A stretch of DNA of 36,586 bases, taken from positions 1 to 36,586 of the forward strand of contig JAUXIQ010000001.1 in NCBI GenBank assembly GCA_030620925.1, read 5' to 3'. Source of the stretch: Nitrospinota bacterium (lineage in GTDB: Bacteria; JAUXIQ01). A model generated the notes under the pieces. The model was given only the letters and a program-made list of their open reading frames with translations. It ran no database searches and was not told where the DNA came from. Both the position numbers and the translations under genes were made by a program. Positions 1-7,376 of this stretch are shown piece after piece (position 1 is the stretch's first letter; every line of letters begins with the position of its first letter).

Positions 1-84
1 AGCAACGCCGCCGACCCGGAAGAATACTCCGAGGGCCAGATCGCCACCCGGCTCCAGGCCTTCCTGGAACTGCTCACTTTTTAA
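1..84 (+). CDS. 3' fragment (27 codons) of an unidentified CDS entering from the left edge
   Basis: Frame 1 is open from base 1 to TAA at 82-84 (...SNAADPEEYSEGQIATRLQAFLELLTF*). Composition looks coding, and a strong hairpin begins 9 nt after the stop. Too short to assign a family. Confidence 0.3.
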   Translation, partial: SNAADPEEYSEGQIATRLQAFLELLTF

Positions 85-92
85 TGCAAAGC

Positions 93-154
93 TTTAAGGG
101 AACTTTTTTGAGAAAAAAGGTTCCCTTAAGAATCCTTCCAAAAACTTTTGTGTA
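93..154. repeat. Intergenic hairpin element, family R1, copy 1
   Basis: TTAAGGGAACTTTTTT (94-109) pairs with AAAAAGGTTCCCTTAA (114-129), giving a 16-bp stem with one G-U and a GAGA loop. The tail CCAAAAACTTTTGTGTA (138-154) recurs after copy 2. Confidence 0.75.
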
Positions 155-306
155 CCCCTGGTACCACCCTTCTTCCTTCTCAAACACCCCTCAGAGAAAT
201 TTTTTCGTTGTAAAGGGCGACCCGTTTTAAATAATATTAAGGGTCGGAGCGTCTTCGTAGTGGTGATGTCATTAAATTATTACAACTTACGGGGAGGGGT
301 GAGGAC

Positions 307-1551
307 ATGAAGTACGGAAAACGAAACGGTGTGAACCGCAGGGAGTTCATCAAAACGACGGGACTGGCGGCGGGAGCGCTGGCTCTGGGCGTGCCGCAAG
401 TATTGGCGGCGTCTCGACCCATCAAGATCGGCACCCTCATGCCCTACACCGGCGCGCTGGCGGCATACGGCCCGGCCATACGCAACGGGGCCATCCTGGC
501 CGCCAAACATATCAACCAGGCCGGCGGTCTGCTGGGCAGGGAGGTGGTGCTGGTGCAGCGCGATTCCCAGACTTCACCCCAGGCAGCTACGGACGCAGCG
601 CAGAAGCTGGTGCAGCTTGACAAGGTGCCCGCGTTCATCGGGGCGCTCTCCAGCGGGGTGTCGCTGGCCGCGTCTTCCGTCTCCATACCTAACAAGGTGG
701 TGCAGATTTCCCCCGCTTCAACTTCTCCCCAGCTCACCGCCCTGGAGGACGACGGCTACGTTTTCAGGACCTGCCCTTCGGACGCCCTGCAGGGGGTGGT
801 GGCCGGGAAACTGGCCAAGGACCTGGGTTTCAAGAAGGTGTCCACCATTTACGTCAATAACGCCTACGGCGTGGGTCTATCCCACGAGTTCAGCAAGTCT
901 TTCAAGAAGCACGGAGGCAAAGTGACCGCCGAAGTGCCCTACGAAAAGGGCCAGCCCTCCTACCGCAGCGAGCTCAACAAGGCTCTCAAAGAGAAGCCGG
1001 ATTGCTTAGCCCTCTTCAGCTACCCCGAAAACGGCACCACCATCCTCCGCCAGGCCATCGAAGGGGGCTACAAGGGCAAGTTCCTCCTGGCTGACGGGAT
1101 GAAGGAACCGGGCCTGATCGATAACGTGGGCGCAAAATACCTCAACGGGACCTACGGCACCGCACCCGGCTCGAAAAGCACCAAATCCAACGAAATTTTC
1201 ACCGCAGAGTACAAGAAGGCGTTCGGCGAGCTGCCCCCCAAACCCTTCATCACCAACGCCTACGACGCCATGGCTACCATAGGCCTGGCCATGCAGAAAG
1301 GAGGCAAGGCAACCGGTGCCTCCATAAGAAATAACATCCGCTCCGTCTCCAACCCGCCCGGGGAGAAGATTTACGTGGGCGAGTTCGAGAAGGCTTTCGA
1401 CCTAATCAAGAAGGGCGCTGATATAGATTACGTGGGCGCCGCCGGGGACGTGGACTACGACAAGGATGGGGACGTGGTAACGCCCATCGAAATCTGGAAG
1501 ATTAAGGACGGCAAATTAACCCACGTCCGCGCCGAGGAGGTAAAAGATTAA
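307..1551 (+). CDS. ABC transporter substrate-binding protein (type-I periplasmic-binding fold, Leu/Ile/Val/amide-binding LivK-like family) with twin-arginine signal peptide
   Basis: 414-aa ORF with ATG preceded by GGGGAGGGGTGAGG. The N-terminus NRREFIKTTGLAAGALALGVPQVLAA has a Tat motif plus hydrophobic region. The mature part starts IKIGTLMPYTGALAAYG and shows the usual PBP1 pattern (DSQTSP, YVFRTCPSD, YVNNAYG). Confidence 0.85.
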   Translation: MKYGKRNGVNRREFIKTTGLAAGALALGVPQVLAASRPIKIGTLMPYTGALAAYGPAIRNGAILAAKHINQAGGLLGREVVLVQRDSQTSPQAATDAAQKLVQLDKVPAFIGALSSGVSLAASSVSIPNKVVQISPASTSPQLTALEDDGYVFRTCPSDALQGVVAGKLAKDLGFKKVSTIYVNNAYGVGLSHEFSKSFKKHGGKVTAEVPYEKGQPSYRSELNKALKEKPDCLALFSYPENGTTILRQAIEGGYKGKFLLADGMKEPGLIDNVGAKYLNGTYGTAPGSKSTKSNEIFTAEYKKAFGELPPKPFITNAYDAMATIGLAMQKGGKATGASIRNNIRSVSNPPGEKIYVGEFEKAFDLIKKGADIDYVGAAGDVDYDKDGDVVTPIEIWKIKDGKLTHVRAEEVKD

Positions 1552-1557
1552 GATTTT

Positions 1558-1617
1558 GTTTGAGGAACCCTTTTTGAAAAAAATGTCCCTCAAACTCCCC
1601 CCAAAAACTTTTATGTA
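1558..1617. repeat. Intergenic hairpin element, family R1, copy 2
   Basis: GTTTGAGG (1558-1565) pairs with CCTCAAAC (1588-1595) around a T5/A7 tract; the inner stem is imperfect. The tail CCAAAAACTTTTATGTA (1601-1617) matches the copy-1 tail at 16 of 17 positions. It starts 7 nt after the SBP stop codon. Confidence 0.7.
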
Positions 1618-1631
1618 TTGCGCATGCAGCA

Positions 1632-1665
1632 GGGGCGACCGTCCCGCGGCAGGCGGGATCGCCCC
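1632..1665. repeat. GC-rich nested palindrome, family R2 core unit
   Basis: GGGGCGA (1632-1638) and TCGCCCC (1659-1665) enclose TCCCGC-GGCAG-GCGGGA (1642-1658). The inner unit TCCCGCGG(A/C)AGGCGGGA recurs at 10688-10704. Degenerate forms occur at 10787-10803, 30732-30747 and 30849-30863. Confidence 0.7.
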
Positions 1666-1686
1666 TAAGCGGCAGAGCACTGAAAA

Positions 1687-3282
1687 ATGGCGAAAAAGAA
1701 CGCTGACAAATACGATCCGGTAAGGCTGGAGATTTACAAGAACCTCTTCTCATCGGTGGCCGAGGAGATGGGGGTCACCCTGGGGCGCACCGCGTTCTCC
1801 CCCAACATCAAGGAGCGGCGGGATTATTCCTGCGCCGTCTTCGACGGAACAGGCAGGATGGTGGCCCAGGCGCTGCACATCCCCGTGCACCTGGGGTCCA
1901 TGCCCCTTTCCGTCCAGTACGCCATCGAACACGTAGAGATGCAAGAGGGGGACGTCGTCCTCCTCAACGACCCCTACAACGGTGGCACCCACCTGCCGGA
2001 CATCACCGTCATATCCCCCGTCTTCCCCACCGGCGCCGGGGGACCCATGTTCTTCACCGCCAACCGCGCCCATCACGCCGACGTGGGGGGAATGGTGCCC
2101 GGCTCCATGCCCCTTTCCTCGGACATCTTCCAGGAGGGGATACGCATACCGCCGGTGAAGATATACGAAGGAGGCCGGCTTAACGGCAGCGTCATGGACC
2201 TGCTGCTGTGCAACGTGAGGACGCCGGACGAGCGCCGGGGCGACCTCGAGGCCCAGTTTGCTGCGAATGCCGTCGGCGCCCGGCGGCTGCTCGAGATACT
2301 GGGCAAATACGGGCGGGAAGAAACGGCCTTCTACATGGAGCAGTTGCAATCTTACGCCGAGCGGATGATGCGGGCCGCCATCCGGGAAATTCCTGATGGA
2401 AGCTATACTTTCGAAGACTACATGGACGAAGACGGCATCGAGCACCGGCCGGTCAAGATAAAGGCGACTATCAAAATAAAAGACGGCGAGGCCGTGGTGG
2501 ATTTCAGCGGCTCAGACCATCAGGTGGGGGGTTCTATCAACGCCTGCTATGCCATAACCCTCTTGGTGGTTTTCTACGTCTTCCGCTGTCTGGCCAGGTC
2601 GGACATACCCTCAAACTCAGGGTGCATGGAGCCCATAGAGGTTATCACCCCTGAAAGGAGCATCGTCGACGCCGATTTCCCCTCCGCCGTGGCCGGCGGC
2701 AACGTGGAGACCTCCCAGCGCATCGCCGACGTCCTTTTCGGGGCGCTGGCCAGAGCGCTTCCCGGCCGGATACCCGCAGCCAGCAGCGGGACCATGAACA
2801 ACGTCACCATCGGTGGCTACGACCCCCTGAAAAAGTCCAGCTTCACCTATTACGAGACCATAGGCGGCGGCATGGGCGCCCGCCCGGATAAAGACGGCAT
2901 AGACGCCATCCACACCCACATGACCAATACCCTGAACACGCCCATCGAGGCCATCGAGCACGCCTACCCCTTCAGGGTCACCGACTACTCGATAAGAAAA
3001 GGCTCCGGCGGCAGGGGGAAATTCCGCGGCGGATGCGGCATCCGGAGGGAATACGAGCTGTTTTGCGACGCACAGGTGACCATCCTCTCGGAGAGGAGGG
3101 TGCACAGCCCCTACGGCCTGAAAGGCGGAGAACCGGGCAAGAGGGGCGTGAACCGACTGGTGCGCGGTAAATCGAAGAGGACCCTCAATTCGAAGGTGAA
3201 CCTCCACGCCCGGAGCGGCGACCGCATCCTAATCCTGACCCCCGGCGGCGGGGGCCACGGCAAGGTTAAACACCGAGGCTGA
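1687..3282 (+). CDS. hyuB: Hydantoinase B / oxoprolinase family protein (N-methylhydantoinase B / acetone-carboxylase alpha-like)
   Basis: 531-aa ORF with family-typical strings DPVRLEIYKNLFSSVAEEMG, RRDYSCAVFD, LNDPYNGGTHLPD, HADVGG and a C-terminal TPGGGGHG. No hydantoinase-A-type gene lies adjacent. Confidence 0.9.
   Translation: MAKKNADKYDPVRLEIYKNLFSSVAEEMGVTLGRTAFSPNIKERRDYSCAVFDGTGRMVAQALHIPVHLGSMPLSVQYAIEHVEMQEGDVVLLNDPYNGGTHLPDITVISPVFPTGAGGPMFFTANRAHHADVGGMVPGSMPLSSDIFQEGIRIPPVKIYEGGRLNGSVMDLLLCNVRTPDERRGDLEAQFAANAVGARRLLEILGKYGREETAFYMEQLQSYAERMMRAAIREIPDGSYTFEDYMDEDGIEHRPVKIKATIKIKDGEAVVDFSGSDHQVGGSINACYAITLLVVFYVFRCLARSDIPSNSGCMEPIEVITPERSIVDADFPSAVAGGNVETSQRIADVLFGALARALPGRIPAASSGTMNNVTIGGYDPLKKSSFTYYETIGGGMGARPDKDGIDAIHTHMTNTLNTPIEAIEHAYPFRVTDYSIRKGSGGRGKFRGGCGIRREYELFCDAQVTILSERRVHSPYGLKGGEPGKRGVNRLVRGKSKRTLNSKVNLHARSGDRILILTPGGGGHGKVKHRG
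3063..3263 (+). repeat. Direct repeat copy 1 (last ~67 codons of hyuB), paired with 3988-4188
   Basis: TTGCGACGCACAGGTGACCATCC...GGGGGCCACGGCAA recurs 925 nt downstream in the same orientation. I count about nine mismatches by eye over ~201 nt. Confidence 0.9.
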
Positions 3283-3335
3283 GTTAAGATGTCTCTATTT
3301 TTTCATGCGGTTGCAATAATTGGAAACTATATTTA

Positions 3336-3683
3336 ATGCAAGAAGTCATTGCAGTGGTAAATTCCAAAGAAGGCAAGCCAATAAGAATAACGAAGTCTAT
3401 ATGGCGCGAAAAGATTCTGGCCGAGCATCAAGAGTTCGCTGCTGATAATAGGTATCTTAACGAAGTTCAGAAAACTATAGAAGACCCGGAATTCATTATG
3501 GAAGGCTGGTCGGGAGAAAGGCTGGCTTTACGATGGTGCGAAATCGCTCCCAAAGGGCCAAAACATTTATGTGTCGTTTATAGAGAACTGGAAGATGATG
3601 GATTCGTAATAACTGCATTTTTCATTTCGAGATTTGAAAAACTGACTAGAAGGAGAAACATCTTATGGCAAAAGAACTCCTGA
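3336..3683 (+). CDS. Small DUF4258-like putative toxin (hypothetical protein)
   Basis: 115-aa ORF that overlaps the downstream DUF2283 gene by 19 nt. The C-terminal strand pattern HLCVVYRELEDDGFVITAFF resembles the ...HVVV..D....V.VITVY end of DUF4258 proteins, which typically pair with DUF2283. This assignment is from memory and was not searched. Confidence 0.55.
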   Translation: MQEVIAVVNSKEGKPIRITKSIWREKILAEHQEFAADNRYLNEVQKTIEDPEFIMEGWSGERLALRWCEIAPKGPKHLCVVYRELEDDGFVITAFFISRFEKLTRRRNILWQKNS

Positions 3684-3862
3684 CAAAAGAAATTAAATTC
3701 AACTATGATTCAGAGGGTGACGTATTGTACATTAACTTCGGGAAGCCTGAAGCAGCCGATGATTCGGACGTAACAGATGGAGGTGTAATTATCCGTCTAA
3801 GAGAAGGGAAAATAGTGGGCCTCAGTATTCTCAATGCAAAGGAAAAGCTTTATATTCCTTAA
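3665..3862 (+). CDS. DUF2283 domain protein (putative antitoxin partner)
   Basis: 65-aa ORF with AGGAGAAA SD (3651-3658) upstream. The sequence FNYDSEGDVLYINFGKPEAADDSDVTDGGVIIRLREGKIVGLSILNAKEKL fits the DUF2283 pattern (YD.E.D.LYI......, ...G.IVGIEILNAS..). Confidence 0.75.
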   Translation: MAKELLTKEIKFNYDSEGDVLYINFGKPEAADDSDVTDGGVIIRLREGKIVGLSILNAKEKLYIP

Positions 3863-3987
3863 CTCTGACAACTCTTCAGAATAGTTCTTTCCAATTTCAG
3901 GGAGTATGCCTTCATTTTATCCCTCAATAAAGAACCAGCCCCCTGAGCCATCAGAATACAACTCCTTATTCTTACACCAATCCCTCA

Positions 3988-4198
3988 TTGCGACGCACAG
4001 GTGACCATCCTCTCGGAGAGGAGAGTGCACAGCCCCTACGGCCTGAAAGGCGGAAAACCGGGCAAGAGGTGCGTGAACAGGCTGGTGCGCGGTAAATCGA
4101 AGAGGACCCTCAATTCAAAGGTGAACCTCCGCGCCCGGAGCGGAGACCACATCCTAATCCTGACCCCCGGCGGCGGGGGCCACGGCAAAGCCGACTGA
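3988..4198 (+). pseudogene. Displaced 3' remnant of hyuB (direct repeat copy 2 plus its own stop codon)
   Basis: The ORF-track entry 4001-4198 (GTG start) reads TILSERRVHSPYGLKGGKPGKRCVNRLVRGKSKRTLNSKVNLRARSGDHILILTPGGGGHGKAD*, near-identical to HyuB residues ~464-526. It has no 5' part of the gene and no SD. Confidence 0.7.
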
Positions 4199-4288
4199 AT
4201 AACCTGAACTCATATCCATTTCCGGTTTATTCATGGACTATTACGTGGCGGGCCTCACCGCAGGGGCAATAAAATAGACGCTGTCTCC

Positions 4289-4900
4289 CTAATCCTTATC
4301 CAGAACCTTATCTTCCTTGTGTTTCCCCAGGGCCCGGGTGTAGCGGCTGGTTAGCCCGGGCATGATGGATTCTTCGGTAGGTCCTTGCTCCAGGCCGAAT
4401 ACCGTTCTGGGAAAGTTCAAAGGTCCCTGTACGGCCCAAATTTTCTCGTGGTCATTTGGAGCCAGAATCTCGGCGGGATCGCCCACTGCAATCCATCCGA
4501 TGGGCACCACGGCGTCTTCCGGGAGGGTTGTATTGATATGCACCACACCGTTGATACGCACCGTGGCGCGGGTTTTGATCTGAGCGCCGTTGAAGACGGA
4601 AGCGCCCGTGGCTATGAACACACTGTCCTCCACGGTACATCCACTCAGGTGAGCGTGCGGCCCCACCAGAACGTGGTCCCCGATATTAACGGGATGCCTG
4701 AGCGTACCCCTGATGACCGCGTTCTCCATAACGATGCATTGAGCACCGATGACCACCGGCCCGCCCTCGGCGGTGATGACCGCCCCGAAAAGAACGCGGC
4801 TGTTCTCTCCGATGGTTACGTCTCCGCAGATTGTCGCCGTGGGGGCGATATAGGCCGACTCATGAATTCGCGGGCTTTTCCCTTGATGTTCAAGCAGCAT
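4289..4900 (-). CDS. Gamma-carbonic-anhydrase-like / PaaY-YrdA-type left-handed beta-helix (hexapeptide repeat) protein
   Basis: 203-aa ORF with strong SD GAGGAGGT before the ATG. It has hexapeptide repeats (IAPTATICGDVTIGENSRVLFGAVI...), the family-typical NIGDHVLVGPHAHLSGCTVED, and a ~40-aa C-terminal extension. Confidence 0.8.
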   Translation of the reverse strand: MLLEHQGKSPRIHESAYIAPTATICGDVTIGENSRVLFGAVITAEGGPVVIGAQCIVMENAVIRGTLRHPVNIGDHVLVGPHAHLSGCTVEDSVFIATGASVFNGAQIKTRATVRINGVVHINTTLPEDAVVPIGWIAVGDPAEILAPNDHEKIWAVQGPLNFPRTVFGLEQGPTEESIMPGLTSRYTRALGKHKEDKVLDKD

Positions 4901-5058
4901 AGCTTTACCTCCTCTATTTTATAATCACCGTTGGAGCCGGGAGATTCTCAGGTGCGAATGCCGGCCAATCCATGTCATAGAGGCATGAAATGGGTCTCAG
5001 GCTTTAAAACCGGCCGCAGGAGACCTTTACTGAATTCTAATTGCTACCGATACCTAAT

Positions 5059-5103
5059 ATATAATAACCTTATTTTCTAAGAGGATACTCCTGGTTATTA
5101 TAT
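5059..5103. promoter_or_regulatory. 11-bp perfect inverted repeat in the divergent intergenic region (candidate operator or hairpin)
   Basis: ATATAATAACC (5059-5069) and GGTTATTATAT (5093-5103) are separated by 23 nt. The left arm overlaps a TATAAT-like hexamer. The repeat lies 60-100 nt upstream of the 5163 start. Confidence 0.3.
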
Positions 5104-5162
5104 TTTCGCAAACTCATAAACAAAAAAGTTTTAGAGTGATCGTCTGACTAAAAGATAACAAA

Positions 5163-5390
5163 ATGGGAATATTAACAGATATATGGCACCGCTGGAAAAA
5201 TATCGCTCATAAAATCGGCGATTTCCAGGCCCGATTGCTGCTTTCCGCATTCTATTTCGTAATTATAGTGCCTATCGGTTTGGCGGTAAAAACCTCCGAT
5301 CCACTGGGAATTAAAAAGAAGACAACCCCCCTGTGGAAAGGCTATGAAGACCCTCCCGGAAATCTGGAAGGCTCCAGGAGACAGTTCTAA
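5163..5390 (+). CDS. Small single-pass membrane protein, first gene of the carbamoyltransferase cluster
   Basis: 75-aa ORF whose TAA abuts the carbamoyltransferase ATG (TAAATG, 5388-5393). It has one hydrophobic helix (LLLSAFYFVIIVPIGLAV) and no clear SD. The family is not recognised with certainty; it may be the SxtJ-like companion of carbamoyltransferases. Confidence 0.5.
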   Translation: MGILTDIWHRWKNIAHKIGDFQARLLLSAFYFVIIVPIGLAVKTSDPLGIKKKTTPLWKGYEDPPGNLEGSRRQF

Positions 5391-7193
5391 ATGTACATAT
5401 TAGGCATATCCTGCTTTTACCACGATTCCGCCGCCGCCCTGCTGAGAGACGGTTCGCTCCTGGCCGCCGCCGAGGAAGAACGGTTCTCACGCGTCAAACA
5501 CGATTCCGGTTTTCCGGTTCATGCCATCAATTTTTGTCTTGATACGGCGGGGATAACCCCTCAGGATATCGACTACGTGGTCTTCTACGAAAAACCCTTC
5601 GTAAAGTTCGAACGCATCCTCATGAGCTCCTTCCAGACTGTTCCTCGATCGTGGAAGCTCTTCAGGGAAGCCATGGTTAACTGGCTTTTAGACAAGTTGT
5701 GGGTTAAAAACCGCATAAAAGACCATCTGAAAATAGAGGACAATAAAATTCTATTCAGCGGCCACCATCTCTCACACGCCGCGAGCAGCTTCTTCAGCTC
5801 CCCTTTCCAGGAAGCCGCCATACTCACCGTGGACGGAGTGGGCGAATGGACCACCACCGCCAGAGGTTTCGGAAAGGGTAACGATTTACAACTGCAAAAT
5901 GAAATCAGGTTTCCCCATTCCCTGGGGTTGCTCTACAGTGCTTTTACCGCCTTCCTGGGGTTCAAGGTCAACGAGGGAGAATACAAGGTAATGGGTATGG
6001 CCCCCTATGGTCGCCCAAAGTACGTAGAGGAAGTGGAGAAACTCATTCGTGTGGAAAACGATGGTGGCTTTGCCTTAAATATGGATTATTTTTGCTACCA
6101 TTCCTCAACAGAACGGACTTTCAACGGCAAATTCACAGAACTGTTCGGTGAACCGAGAGCGCCTGAATCACACTTCTTTACCTCCAACACCGAGTTCCCC
6201 TCATATTTCGGGGAAAAGCCGCCCGACTTCGACAAACAGTGCAGCGATAACGAACGCTACGCCGACATCGCCGCCAGTATCCAGGCCGTTACCGAAGATA
6301 TACTACTAAAAATGGCCTGCAGCCTGCATCGGGAAACCGGTCTGGAAAACCTGTGCATGGCGGGGGGCGTCGCCCTGAACAGCGTCGCCAACGGTCGTAT
6401 TCTAAGGGAGTCACCGTTCAAGGAAATCTACATCCAGCCGGCGGCGGGCGATGGCGGGGGCGCCCTCGGCGCCGCGCTCTACGTCTATCACTCACTGCTG
6501 GGTAATCCCCGAAAAGATGTGCTCGACCACGCTTATTGGGGCCAGGAATACCCGGATAACGAGATTAAAGAATTTCTCGATTCGAAGGGAATCCCTTACC
6601 AGTACCTGGAAAACGACGATATCCTTATGGAGCGCGTGGTAAACTGGCTCCAGGAGGGCATGGTCGTCGGCTGGTTTCAGGGCCGCTTCGAGTGGGGCCC
6701 CCGCGCGCTTGGGAACCGGAGCATCCTCGCCGACGCGCGCCGGGCGGACATGAAAGATATCGTCAACACCAAGATAAAGTTCCGCGAGCCCTACCGCCCC
6801 TTCGCGCCTTCAGTGCTGGCGGAGCGAGCGGAAGATTTCTTTTTGTTGGATAACGCGGCCGACAACTATCCTGCCAGGTTCATGCTGCTGGTTACAAAAG
6901 TAAAAGAAGAGATGCAGAGCCGCATCCCGGCCACTACTCATATAGGAGGCACCTCCCGCCTGCAAACGGTACACCGGGAAGTTAATCCGCGGTATCACAG
7001 ACTGATCGACACCTTCGGTGATGCCACCGGTGTGCCGCTGGTGCTGAACACCTCTTTCAACCTGAAAGGCGAGCCTATCGTCAATACGCCGGAGAACGCT
7101 TTTAATACTTTCAGAGCCAGCGGTATGGACGCACTCGTTCTGCAACGATTTCTTATTAAGAAAACCCAACTTCGACCATTCTCACAGGAATAG
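5391..7193 (+). CDS. Carbamoyltransferase, NodU/CmcH/SxtI family
   Basis: 600-aa ORF with the hallmark N-terminus MYILGISCFYHDSAAALLRDG. It also has GHHLSHAASSFF, LCMAGGVALNSVANG, GPRALGNRSI and C-terminal VLNTSFNLKGEPIV. Confidence 0.92.
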   Translation: MYILGISCFYHDSAAALLRDGSLLAAAEEERFSRVKHDSGFPVHAINFCLDTAGITPQDIDYVVFYEKPFVKFERILMSSFQTVPRSWKLFREAMVNWLLDKLWVKNRIKDHLKIEDNKILFSGHHLSHAASSFFSSPFQEAAILTVDGVGEWTTTARGFGKGNDLQLQNEIRFPHSLGLLYSAFTAFLGFKVNEGEYKVMGMAPYGRPKYVEEVEKLIRVENDGGFALNMDYFCYHSSTERTFNGKFTELFGEPRAPESHFFTSNTEFPSYFGEKPPDFDKQCSDNERYADIAASIQAVTEDILLKMACSLHRETGLENLCMAGGVALNSVANGRILRESPFKEIYIQPAAGDGGGALGAALYVYHSLLGNPRKDVLDHAYWGQEYPDNEIKEFLDSKGIPYQYLENDDILMERVVNWLQEGMVVGWFQGRFEWGPRALGNRSILADARRADMKDIVNTKIKFREPYRPFAPSVLAERAEDFFLLDNAADNYPARFMLLVTKVKEEMQSRIPATTHIGGTSRLQTVHREVNPRYHRLIDTFGDATGVPLVLNTSFNLKGEPIVNTPENAFNTFRASGMDALVLQRFLIKKTQLRPFSQE

Positions 7194-7196
7194 GCT

Positions 7197-7376
7197 ATGG
7201 GAATTTTTAAAAACACCGCGGATAGATTCGGGACGTTGATGGAACTTTTTCATTTCTTCTGGGAACGTAAGCTCTGGTGGCTTATCCCCGTTGTAGCCGT
7301 GTTAGCGCTTTTAGGCATACTGATGATTTTCGCCCAGGGGACGGGCATAGCGCCGTTCATTTATGCATTGTTCTAA
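7197..7376 (+). CDS. DUF5989 / SxtK-like 59-aa membrane protein (not in the supplied ORF track)
   Basis: ATG at 7197 lies 3 nt after the carbamoyltransferase stop, with AGGAA 6 nt upstream. Translation by hand gives MGIFKNTADRFGTLMELFHFFWERKLWWLIPVVAVLALLGILMIFAQGTGIAPFIYALF*, stop 7374-7376. The W..RK.WWLIP...LL.GLL.....G..IAPFIY.LF pattern is what I recall for DUF5989. Confidence 0.7.
   Translation: MGIFKNTADRFGTLMELFHFFWERKLWWLIPVVAVLALLGILMIFAQGTGIAPFIYALF

Larger units (their letters stand above)
3264..3987 (+). mobile_element. AT-rich ~0.7-kb insert carrying a two-gene TA-like cassette, bounded by direct repeats of the hyuB 3' end (possible minimal or decayed integrative element)
   Basis: Composition shifts abruptly to AT-rich between the two repeat copies. 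The only cargo is two overlapping small genes, and no recombinase gene is present. Confidence 0.4.

Noticed and set aside
4001-4198. 65-aa ORF as an independent gene
   Set aside because: It is ~95% identical at the DNA level to the hyuB 3' end. It has no SD and encodes only the last beta-strands of a 531-aa enzyme. I annotated it as a displaced gene remnant instead.
5041-5065. TTGCTA ... TATAAT as the promoter of the carbamoyltransferase cluster
   Set aside because: The spacer is 13 nt, and the alternative -35 hexamers at correct spacing are poor. I reported only the inverted repeat.
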